Source of the DNA: Candidatus Woesearchaeota archaeon
GTDB taxonomy: Archaea > Nanobdellota > Nanobdellia > Woesearchaeales > SM23-78
Length of the DNA: 64,000 bases
Assembly (NCBI GenBank): GCA_016932315.1
Contig: JAFGDD010000004.1
Span: 35,457-99,456 of the forward strand
Direction: 5' to 3'
Below the pieces are notes generated by a model that was not told the DNA's origin, made no database searches, and worked only from the letters and a program-made list of their open reading frames with translations. Below, piece after piece: positions 10,694-18,431 of the stretch. Made by a program: the position numbers and the translations under genes. Numbering within the stretch: the first letter of the stretch is position 1; every line of letters starts with the position of its first letter.

Positions 10694-10756
10694 TTAAAAA
10701 AGAATATTTATGTTTCAAAAAAAATTAAATAAAAAAATTATTGAGGTGCTATCAAG

Positions 10757-11272
10757 ATGACTGGGTTTATGGGTAAAAAGGTTAATTTGTTCCTGTTATT
10801 GATGCTCATGCTGGTCTTGCTCGGCTTTGCCGGTGTGAGCGTGTATTACCAGTATACTTTCAAGAACTTGAATTCTCAGTTTGAGAATGTGAGCGGAGTG
10901 CTTGGTTATTGTGAACAAAACCTTAATCAGACCACCAACTCTTTTATGAGTGCGTTGAAGAATCTTAACAGCACAGAAACAGATATAAGAAAATATGATA
11001 AAATATTTGAAGACAAAGTCAGGGAGCTTGAGCAAAAAAAATCAGAGCTTGCCAGCACCCAAGCTGACCTGACAAGAGTAACCATGCAAAAAGAGGTTTA
11101 TAAGAAACAGATTGATGAAGCTTATGCCCAGCTCATTTCGTTGAACAAGACAGTGACTTCGCTTAATACTCAGGTTAACAGCTTGAACAGGGAAGTGGAC
11201 AGGCTTAACACCAGAGTTGCTTGTTTAAGAAATACTGATGACACAGAAGAAGCATCTGATTGTTTTAGCTAA
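10757..11272 (+). CDS. Membrane-anchored coiled-coil protein
   Basis: N-terminal hydrophobic anchor and a heptad-rich body; GAGGTG RBS. Confidence 0.8.
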   Translation: MTGFMGKKVNLFLLLMLMLVLLGFAGVSVYYQYTFKNLNSQFENVSGVLGYCEQNLNQTTNSFMSALKNLNSTETDIRKYDKIFEDKVRELEQKKSELASTQADLTRVTMQKEVYKKQIDEAYAQLISLNKTVTSLNTQVNSLNREVDRLNTRVACLRNTDDTEEASDCFS

Positions 11273-11294
11273 ATAAATAAATAGGAGGAATATT

Positions 11295-12095
11295 ATGCCG
11301 CCGCCTTTTATCAAGGCATTGTTTAATGAGGTAAAATTGGAGATGCTGAAAATAGCTCTTATCAGCACGTTCCTAGATACAATTATGGTTTTCTTTGTGG
11401 TTTATTTTGTGGTTTCATTCTTTAATATAAAATTCATGTACCTGCTGCTTATTCCTGGATTGATGGCAGTGATATTCTTTTTTGTAAGCATATTAGTAAG
11501 AATAAAGAGGCTGCGCCTTAAATCCATGGAGGACGCAAACCCTCAGATTAAGGAGATGCTCAGGACTGCCCATGATAACATGGATGCAGAAAACAACATA
11601 ATGGCTGCTGCTTTATTCGCAGAGCTGAAGGAAAAGATGAAGACTGTATCTTCTGGCAACCTTCTTGAATCCAAGAAAGTGGTGACCAGGATTATTAGTA
11701 CTGTAATCATAGTCTTCCTCATCATTACTGTGTCTGCATTTAATGTTAACCTGAAAAAGATTGATATCCCTTTTGAAAAATTAAGGTTTATGGTGCCTGG
11801 CGCGGGCCCTGGAGTGATAGAGGGTAACCTGACAACGCTAGTGTTCAATGAGACCGATGTGGTTTATGGCGATGCAAGCATTGCAAAGCTTGGCAACGAG
11901 GAGATTGATCTTAACATGAATCCTACGATAAGCGAAATAGATTTTAACAAGATAAGCGAGGCAGAGCAGAATGAGTTGCGCGAAGGAGGAGTTCCGCAAG
12001 AAATAGGGGTTACTCCAGATGCTTTTAACAATCAGCAAGTGCTTGATGAGGCAGAGCAGGCTGCTAATTATAGTCAGAGGATAAAGAATATTTAA
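11295..12095 (+). CDS. Hypothetical membrane protein of the MoxR operon (3 TM helices, acidic C-terminus)
   Basis: 266 aa ORF, AGGAGG RBS, hydrophobic segments. Confidence 0.8.
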   Translation: MPPPFIKALFNEVKLEMLKIALISTFLDTIMVFFVVYFVVSFFNIKFMYLLLIPGLMAVIFFFVSILVRIKRLRLKSMEDANPQIKEMLRTAHDNMDAENNIMAAALFAELKEKMKTVSSGNLLESKKVVTRIISTVIIVFLIITVSAFNVNLKKIDIPFEKLRFMVPGAGPGVIEGNLTTLVFNETDVVYGDASIAKLGNEEIDLNMNPTISEIDFNKISEAEQNELREGGVPQEIGVTPDAFNNQQVLDEAEQAANYSQRIKNI

Positions 12096-12165
12096 TGTTC
12101 ATGAAAGAATAAAAAAAATTGTTTATGTATTAAATAATAAAAAAGAATTTTAGGAGGCGATTAGC

Positions 12166-13122
12166 GTGGGAAAAGAGATGGAAAGCGTTAAGAACATTGA
12201 GAAGCTAAAGGAGACTTTTAGCAATGTCACAAAGGAGATAAGCAAGGTCATTGTGGGGCAGGAAGAGGTTATTGAGCAGATACTCGTCGCGATACTCTGC
12301 GACGCCAATGCCCTGCTTGAAAGTTACCCTGGGCTTGGAAAGACCACTATGGTCAAGACTATTGCAAATGTTCTGGATTTAAAATTCAGCAGAATACAGA
12401 ACACCCCTGACCTCATGCCGAGCGATATCATAGGCACTTATGTTATTGAGGAGGATAAGGGTAAAAAGGTTTTCAGGTTTCAGAAAGGACCTGTGTTTGC
12501 CAATGTAATACTTGCAGATGAGATTAACAGGGCTACTCCAAAGACTCAGTCAGCCTTATTAGAGGCTATGCAGGAAAAGCAGGTAACTGTGGGCAACCAG
12601 ACTTTTGAGCTTGAAAGGCCGTTCTTTGTATTAGCAACCCAGAACCCGATTGACATGGAAGGAACTTATCCTTTGCCAGAAGCACAGGTAGACAGGTTCT
12701 TGTTAAAGATACTTGTTGGCTATCCTAAGTTTGATGATGAAATGGAAATAATTAACAGGTACACCAAAGCAAGTGCTGATGCTGGCGTCAGAGTTTTGTT
12801 AAGCAAGGAATCATTAACCTTATTGCAAAATCTTACCAGGCAGGTGCCTATTGCTGATGACATAAAGAAGAGGGCTCTTGAGATTGTGGCTAAGACCAGG
12901 ACTGCAAAAGATTTAATAGAGTACGGGGCAAGCCCTAGAGCCAGTATTGGATTGATACTCGCAGCCAAAGCTAAGGCTCTTCTTGATGGCAGGAAGTATG
13001 TTAGTGCCAAGGATGTTGAAGACATGGCTTATCCGGTGCTCAGGCACAGATTAATACTTAATTTCAAAGCAGAAAGAGATGGCAAGACCCCTGATGACGT
13101 GATAAGGGAGATATTGAAGTAG
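12166..13122 (+). CDS. moxR: MoxR family AAA+ ATPase
   Basis: Walker A PGLGKT, RIQNTPDLMPSD, Walker B LADEINR, ATQNP..EGTYPLPEAQVDRF, GASPR and VLRHRL. Confidence 0.96.
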   Translation: MGKEMESVKNIEKLKETFSNVTKEISKVIVGQEEVIEQILVAILCDANALLESYPGLGKTTMVKTIANVLDLKFSRIQNTPDLMPSDIIGTYVIEEDKGKKVFRFQKGPVFANVILADEINRATPKTQSALLEAMQEKQVTVGNQTFELERPFFVLATQNPIDMEGTYPLPEAQVDRFLLKILVGYPKFDDEMEIINRYTKASADAGVRVLLSKESLTLLQNLTRQVPIADDIKKRALEIVAKTRTAKDLIEYGASPRASIGLILAAKAKALLDGRKYVSAKDVEDMAYPVLRHRLILNFKAERDGKTPDDVIREILK

Positions 13123-13132
13123 GATATTGTTG

Positions 13133-13358
13133 AGCCCGACACCGCCCCCAGGTGCAAACTTCTTTGGCAGAAGAAGTTAAGCGCGTTAATTGGGGGATGC
13201 CCAAGCAAAAGAGCAGGGCTCTTTTGATGTGCGAAGAAAACAAAGTTTTCTAGCACAACGAAACAAGTTTCGTTTGTCCCAAAAACAGAGTTTTTGTGAC
13301 CATCCGGGAAGATAGCGCCCAAGAAAAACAGAATCAAAAGTTTGCAAGGCGGTTGGGC
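13133..13358. other. Highly structured intergenic element, module A (candidate ncRNA or palindromic repeat)
   Basis: Outer stems GCCC..ACCGCC/GGCGGT.GGGC and TGCAAACTT/AAGTTTGCA enclose four consecutive hairpins at 13206-13300. Confidence 0.6.
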
Positions 13359-13373
13359 GGAAAAAAAATATTT

Positions 13374-13556
13374 GTCGAAATAAGCCCTACTAGCTCCGCT
13401 CGTCTCGCCATGCAAATTTGCTAAAGTAAACTATCGAATAGTTTACTCAAAATTTATTTAGTCAAATAAATTTTGTTGCATTTGAAGGTGCTCAAAAACG
13501 AGTTTTTGGCACACCAAAAGCTTTGCTTTTGATTGCTTCGCCGGTCTTATTTCGAC
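13374..13556. repeat. Structured element, module B, with terminal inverted repeats (MITE/REP-like)
   Basis: GTCGAAATAAG (13374-13384) and CTTATTTCGAC (13546-13556) form a perfect 11-bp IR that encloses four hairpins. Confidence 0.65.
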
Positions 13557-13587
13557 CTGAAGAAACAAAAAAAATTGAAAACAAAAA

Positions 13588-14442
13588 ATGGCAATTGATA
13601 TTGGATTCCTAAAAGAGCTGGACAGGTTTAACCTCGTTATAAAGAAGAGAGTATTATCAAGGTATCAGGGAGAAAGAGCCAGCCATGCAGAAGGGCAAGG
13701 ATTAGTGTTTGCTGATTACAAGGATTATGTGCCTGGAGATGACTTCAGGGCAGTTGACTGGAGGGTTTATGCCAGGACAGACAAGTTCTTCATCAAGAGG
13801 TTTGAGGAAGAAAGGAACATGACAGTGCACGTCATAGTTGATGCTAGTGCAAGCATGGATTATGGCAGGAAGATAACCAAGTTTGATTATGCAAGCATGA
13901 TAGGATTAGGATTTGCTTACATGGCATTGAAGAATAATGAGAAATTTAATTTTTCCACATTCTCAGAAGGGCTGAATTATCTCAAGGCAAGGAAGGGTTG
14001 GAACCAGTTAATGAATATATTATCAATACTTGAAAAGCTCAAAGTCACTGGTAAGTCTGCTTTTACAAAATCATTTGATGAGTACAAGAAGTACATGCGC
14101 AGCAAAAGCTTCATAGTAATAATATCTGACTTCCTATATGATATCGAGGAAATAAAAGCTGCTCTTTCAAGATTTACAAAGCATGAGGTGATTATCATCC
14201 AAGTGCTTGATCCTGAGGAGAGAAGGCTTGCTCTTTACGGCGACTGCGTGCTTGAAGACAGCGAGTTTCACACCAAGCTCAGAACCTTTATCAGCAACAG
14301 ATTGATAAGCAATTACAGGAATAAGATAGAAACCCATATCAGAGCCATCAAGGACACCTGCGAGCACATGGACTATGATTTCATAAGCGTCACCACAGAC
14401 ACACCGATATTCGATACTTTCTATGCTGCGCTGAGGACTTAG
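13588..14442 (+). CDS. DUF58 family vWA-like protein (MoxR partner)
   Basis: Motifs G.GLVFADYKDYVPGDDFRAVDWRVYAR, VDASASM and IISDF. Confidence 0.93.
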   Translation: MAIDIGFLKELDRFNLVIKKRVLSRYQGERASHAEGQGLVFADYKDYVPGDDFRAVDWRVYARTDKFFIKRFEEERNMTVHVIVDASASMDYGRKITKFDYASMIGLGFAYMALKNNEKFNFSTFSEGLNYLKARKGWNQLMNILSILEKLKVTGKSAFTKSFDEYKKYMRSKSFIVIISDFLYDIEEIKAALSRFTKHEVIIIQVLDPEERRLALYGDCVLEDSEFHTKLRTFISNRLISNYRNKIETHIRAIKDTCEHMDYDFISVTTDTPIFDTFYAALRT

Positions 14443-14461
14443 AATAAGCGGTTTAATTAAA

Positions 14462-15001
14462 ATGGAAGTAAAACAAGTTATTGATTATACATTCCGAAAA
14501 ATACTCAAGCGAAAAGAGATATTCGAGCTTGCGGTTGACAGAGGGTTAGAAAAAGGAATGCAGATAGAAGAGTGGTTATTGATTGAAATGCTTGCTAATT
14601 TGAAAAAATTAAAACACAATAAAAAATTATCGGCTGTTGAGGGCGAGCATAGTTATCATAAAGGAAAAAGCAGATTAAAATGCGATCTGTGGTGGAAAAC
14701 AGAAGACAAAGAGTTTTGGCTCGAAGTGAAAACAATTGTGCTAGCAAAAGACATTGAAAGAGGTTCTCTACAAAACATATCTAATGACTTGGATAAAATG
14801 AGAGAAATTAGAAGTGAAGGTGAAAAATATCACTTATCAATTGTTTTCCCGGTTGGAACAGATGAAAAACTGAAGTATTGGAAAAAAGAAATTTCAATTA
14901 AGTATCGTGATAAGGGGTTATTAAAAGAAAATGTTTGGAAATCATATGTCAAGATAGAGAATAAAAAGGAAATAATACTTTTTCTTCTTTTTAGAGAATA
15001 A
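14462..15001 (+). CDS. Hypothetical protein, possible PD-(D/E)XK nuclease fold
   Basis: E..W and CDLWW...WLEVK resemble D-x(n)-E-x-K; the sequence is very A-rich. Confidence 0.55.
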   Translation: MEVKQVIDYTFRKILKRKEIFELAVDRGLEKGMQIEEWLLIEMLANLKKLKHNKKLSAVEGEHSYHKGKSRLKCDLWWKTEDKEFWLEVKTIVLAKDIERGSLQNISNDLDKMREIRSEGEKYHLSIVFPVGTDEKLKYWKKEISIKYRDKGLLKENVWKSYVKIENKKEIILFLLFRE

Positions 15002-15008
15002 TTTTCTA

Positions 15009-15740
15009 TTAGTTATTTTTTTTCTTCTTCGTAACGAACCAATACCAGATGACTAACAGTATTATTGTGAATGCTGCCCCTATTAAGAACCATAATGCAA
15101 TGTTGGTTGGCTGCGTCTGCTGTATTACATTAATGACTGGCTGAACAACAGGCTCTGTGATGTTCTCAGTAATGTTCTGTGCGGCTCCCACCACTCCTTC
15201 TGCTGCTGTTTTCATTAGTAAAGGAGCTGCTTCAGTGGCTTCTGGAACAGCGTTCTCAACCACATCTGCAGATCTTTGAGCTACATAATCAAATGTGGAC
15301 GGCGCTGCTGCCATTAATTTAGCGCTTCCCATTCCTAACATCAACTTGTTGAATAGTTGTATTACTCCGCCAACTGCAAGAACAATAATGCTTATGGGCA
15401 GGATTGCCTTTAACTTGTCCTTGAAGCTTTCTGTCTTAGCGCCTTTCGGAGCAATAATAATCAGCTTATTGGCAAGGGAATAATGATTGACTTCTTTTCC
15501 TTTTTCAGAATAATGGAATTCCTCGGATTTGACAAGGTTAGCCTTGACTAACGCCTGCAAATTATAATGAACAGTTGAAAGCGGCAATTTCAGCTCTTTT
15601 GCAATATCGGTTTCTGTGGCTGACTCTTTCTTGCTGAGCAAGTCAAGAATCTTCCTTGCAGTATCATTGCTAATAACCTGAGCAAGAGCTTTGCTCTCAT
15701 TCTCTTCCAATGAAACAAGTAAAAAAGGGTCTTTTGCCAT
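15009..15740 (-). CDS. ArsR-like winged-helix regulator with two C-terminal TM segments
   Basis: SNDTARKILDLL..TETDIAKELKLPLSTVHYNLQALVKANLV, followed by two hydrophobic helices flanking an Ala/Thr-rich linker. Confidence 0.88.
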   Translation of the reverse strand: MAKDPFLLVSLEENESKALAQVISNDTARKILDLLSKKESATETDIAKELKLPLSTVHYNLQALVKANLVKSEEFHYSEKGKEVNHYSLANKLIIIAPKGAKTESFKDKLKAILPISIIVLAVGGVIQLFNKLMLGMGSAKLMAAAPSTFDYVAQRSADVVENAVPEATEAAPLLMKTAAEGVVGAAQNITENITEPVVQPVINVIQQTQPTNIALWFLIGAAFTIILLVIWYWFVTKKKKNN

Positions 15741-15802
15741 AAAGAAAGGATAATATTAGCAGGTATTTAAATGTTGATATAGCTTCGAGACAGATTAAAG
15801 TC

Positions 15803-16207
15803 TTATTTATGTTTCCATTCATAAATCAAAATGCCTGGAGGTAATTTGTCATGTTGATAGAATCTTCCTAACCTAAAATACTTGCCCCATTCAGGACCTG
15901 GCTTTATGACAGGCATGTTATACTTGCTCATGCCAGGCACAATAACATCCTTATCAGTGCCAAACCTGCTTAAGTTCGGGAATGTTACGTCAGGCATTCC
16001 TTCAAGCATCATATAATCCTTGCCTGTTCTTTGCATGTATTTCTGCAATGAGAAATAAAAAGGTCCATATCCTCTTATTAATTGGTGATGCATTGGCTTA
16101 AGGTTGAATCTTAATCTGTGCTCAAGCCTTTCCTGAGAGCCAAAAACAGAGCCCATACTAACTGCAGAGCATAAAAGAATTAATGCAATATCTTTCTTGC
16201 GCAACAT
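15803..16207 (-). CDS. Hypothetical secreted protein
   Basis: 134 aa ORF with a signal-peptide-like N-terminus. Confidence 0.6.
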   Translation of the reverse strand: MLRKKDIALILLCSAVSMGSVFGSQERLEHRLRFNLKPMHHQLIRGYGPFYFSLQKYMQRTGKDYMMLEGMPDVTFPNLSRFGTDKDVIVPGMSKYNMPVIKPGPEWGKYFRLGRFYQHDKLPPGILIYEWKHK

Positions 16208-16251
16208 AACAAGCAGTAAGTCATAATCATTATAAAAACTTTTCTAGCAAT

Positions 16252-17598
16252 TTGGCGAGAGTAAAAAGTTTTTTAAATCCTAACTCTAAGATTAAAGAGG
16301 TGGAAGTAGAAAAACTGGTTGAGGAAATCAAATCTCTGGAAATTTCTCCTGAGAATTCTCTTGAGTGGTGGAATAATGAAAGAATATCGAGAATTGAAAG
16401 AATAATCAACAAAATAACCAGCATAGAAAGTTTAATATCGCAAGGAAACCCCAAGCAACACCTTGAAGAGTTGCACAATTTCTTAAGGATTTTACAACAC
16501 AGCTACAAGATGCATGACAAAAATATAAGGGTGCACATCAAGACTATATGCAGACAAAAAGGCATTTCAAGCATGAAAGAGCTTGACGACTGGATTGATG
16601 GTGTTTGCAACGAAATAAGGAACAATATAAAACAAAATCCAAAAATCAGCTTGGTCGTATCTATGTGGAATGGAAGCAATGATATCATAGAGATGACTGA
16701 AAACATGTTCTTTAACAGCGTGATAAGGAGCGGGCTTCCAGAAATGGAGATAATAATTGTTGATGATGGATCTCCGCCAGAGTTCCAGCAGAAAGCAAAG
16801 GAAATGATGCAGAGAATAATTCCTAGATTAGAAGCGAAAGGTCATCATGTGCTTTTTATTCAAAGTCCTGTCAACTTAGGGTACACACACTCTTATAATG
16901 CAGGGTTGAGAAGAGCCACAGGAGATGTTGTGTTTGTTTCTAACACCGATATTATGGTTTCTCAAGGAGCAATGCAGGAAATGTTAAAACTCTTAATGAA
17001 AGACCCTGAGGTGGTGCACAGAAATCCTGAAATTGCAAATTTGAATGTGGGAATTGTAGGTCCAATGCTTACTGGCGTAGCCAATTATGCTCCTCAACAA
17101 GCGACAAGAAGTCTTTTCATAAACTCTTATGAAAAAGATGAGATTGAAAGAGTTGAAAAATACACTGCCGAATTTAACAGGCTTAACGCCAATGCAAAAC
17201 CTGCCATTGTGAAAGTAGTCATGGGATCTTTTATGGTTTTCAAAAGAGAAGTATTCAGTAAAACAGGATTTTTTGATGAAAAATTCAAGCAGGGCTATGC
17301 TGAAGAAACAGATTTTTGCTATAAAGCGCAGAAAAAAGGCTTTAGTGTTATTGTTGCTAGGAACGTCTTTGTATATCATGGAGGGGTTAACAGAAGCAAG
17401 CTTTCAGAGCAGATGGATTTCTCAGGTCAGAGCACCTCAAAAAAATTTTCTCATTTTAAAAACCAGGTGAGAGCTATATTGAATGAGAGACATTTTCTCA
17501 GAAATCATGGAATAAAGGCTTGGATAGAAAAAACCAGACTCATGCGTAACCCTAAATCTCACAAAGGACTAGACCAACCAATTCTGCCTAAAAATTAA
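16252..17598 (+). CDS. Family 2 glycosyltransferase with a ~125 aa helical N-terminal extension
   Basis: PKISLVV, IIIVDDGS, NLGY..SYNAG, SNTD, GFFDEKF..GYAEETDFC and VYH. Confidence 0.88.
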   Translation: MARVKSFLNPNSKIKEVEVEKLVEEIKSLEISPENSLEWWNNERISRIERIINKITSIESLISQGNPKQHLEELHNFLRILQHSYKMHDKNIRVHIKTICRQKGISSMKELDDWIDGVCNEIRNNIKQNPKISLVVSMWNGSNDIIEMTENMFFNSVIRSGLPEMEIIIVDDGSPPEFQQKAKEMMQRIIPRLEAKGHHVLFIQSPVNLGYTHSYNAGLRRATGDVVFVSNTDIMVSQGAMQEMLKLLMKDPEVVHRNPEIANLNVGIVGPMLTGVANYAPQQATRSLFINSYEKDEIERVEKYTAEFNRLNANAKPAIVKVVMGSFMVFKREVFSKTGFFDEKFKQGYAEETDFCYKAQKKGFSVIVARNVFVYHGGVNRSKLSEQMDFSGQSTSKKFSHFKNQVRAILNERHFLRNHGIKAWIEKTRLMRNPKSHKGLDQPILPKN

Positions 17599-17711
17599 GC
17601 AGCGTCCGTTAGAAAAATCTTGCATAGCTTCAACTCAGCTTAAAGACTAAAACATATTTAAATACAAGCTTTGATATATCAACCAGATAACAGCATTGAG
17701 AGGTGTAATTC

Positions 17712-18377
17712 ATGAAAGCACAATGGATTATTATTGGGTTAATCATTTGCATTGCATTGATAGCAGGCTGCACAGCCAAGCCATTATCTAACGATGAAAA
17801 AACAAACAATGAACAATTAGTAGGCAATGATCGCGATGAGCACGGATGCATACCAAGCGCTGGCTACACTTGGTGCGAGGAAAAGCAGAAATGTCTGAGA
17901 ACATGGGAAGAAAGCTGCTCAGATAAAGATGATGATAGCACACAAATCGCGAACCCCGCATCACAGTATTGCGTTGAGCAAGGCGGAGAATCAAAGATAA
18001 TTACAGCAGAAGACGGTAGCCAGAGCGGAGTCTGCGTATTTGCGGATGGCTCGCAATGCGATGAATGGGCTTATTTCAGGGGAGAATGCCCAAAATGCCC
18101 TGTAGAGCAGGTTATATGCGTTGAAGGCTCGGAAGTTATAACTTATACTGGAGATAATGGCTGCAAGCATACAACTTGCAAAGCAAGGACTTATTGCAAG
18201 CCAGATCAGAGAGGAGAAAACATAGCCTGCACCATGGAGTACATGCCTGTGTGCGGCTGGTTCAACCAGAGCATACAATGCGTCAAGTATCCATGCGCAG
18301 CTACTTATGGCAACAAGTGCACTGCCTGCGCAGACTCAAAGGTTGCCTACTGGACAGAAGGCGAGTGCCCGGAATAG
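17712..18377 (+). CDS. Cys-rich lipoprotein with DUF333-like and Kazal-like modules
   Basis: Lipobox LIAGC; GNDRDEHGC..W module; IANPASQYCVEQGG..CDEWAYFRGEC (DUF333-like); CTMEYMPVCG..TYGNKC (Kazal-like); GAGGTG RBS. Confidence 0.82.
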   Translation: MKAQWIIIGLIICIALIAGCTAKPLSNDEKTNNEQLVGNDRDEHGCIPSAGYTWCEEKQKCLRTWEESCSDKDDDSTQIANPASQYCVEQGGESKIITAEDGSQSGVCVFADGSQCDEWAYFRGECPKCPVEQVICVEGSEVITYTGDNGCKHTTCKARTYCKPDQRGENIACTMEYMPVCGWFNQSIQCVKYPCAATYGNKCTACADSKVAYWTEGECPE

Positions 18378-18431
18378 TGTGCTGAAAAATTCTGTGCCTA
18401 CTCGCTCGCAATATTGGAACTAATAATTTTT

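Noticed and set aside
13029-13415. 128-aa minus-strand ORF over the moxR end and the structured spacer
   Set aside because: It is antisense to moxR, has no protein-like motifs, and is better explained by the palindromic element.
13123-13587. RNase P RNA or SRP RNA as the identity of the structured spacer
   Set aside because: There are only fragmentary resemblances (AACAGAA; CCGGGAAGATAGC). The GAGGAAAGTCC core and the CAGG-GNRA-AGCA helix are absent. An Rfam scan is still needed.
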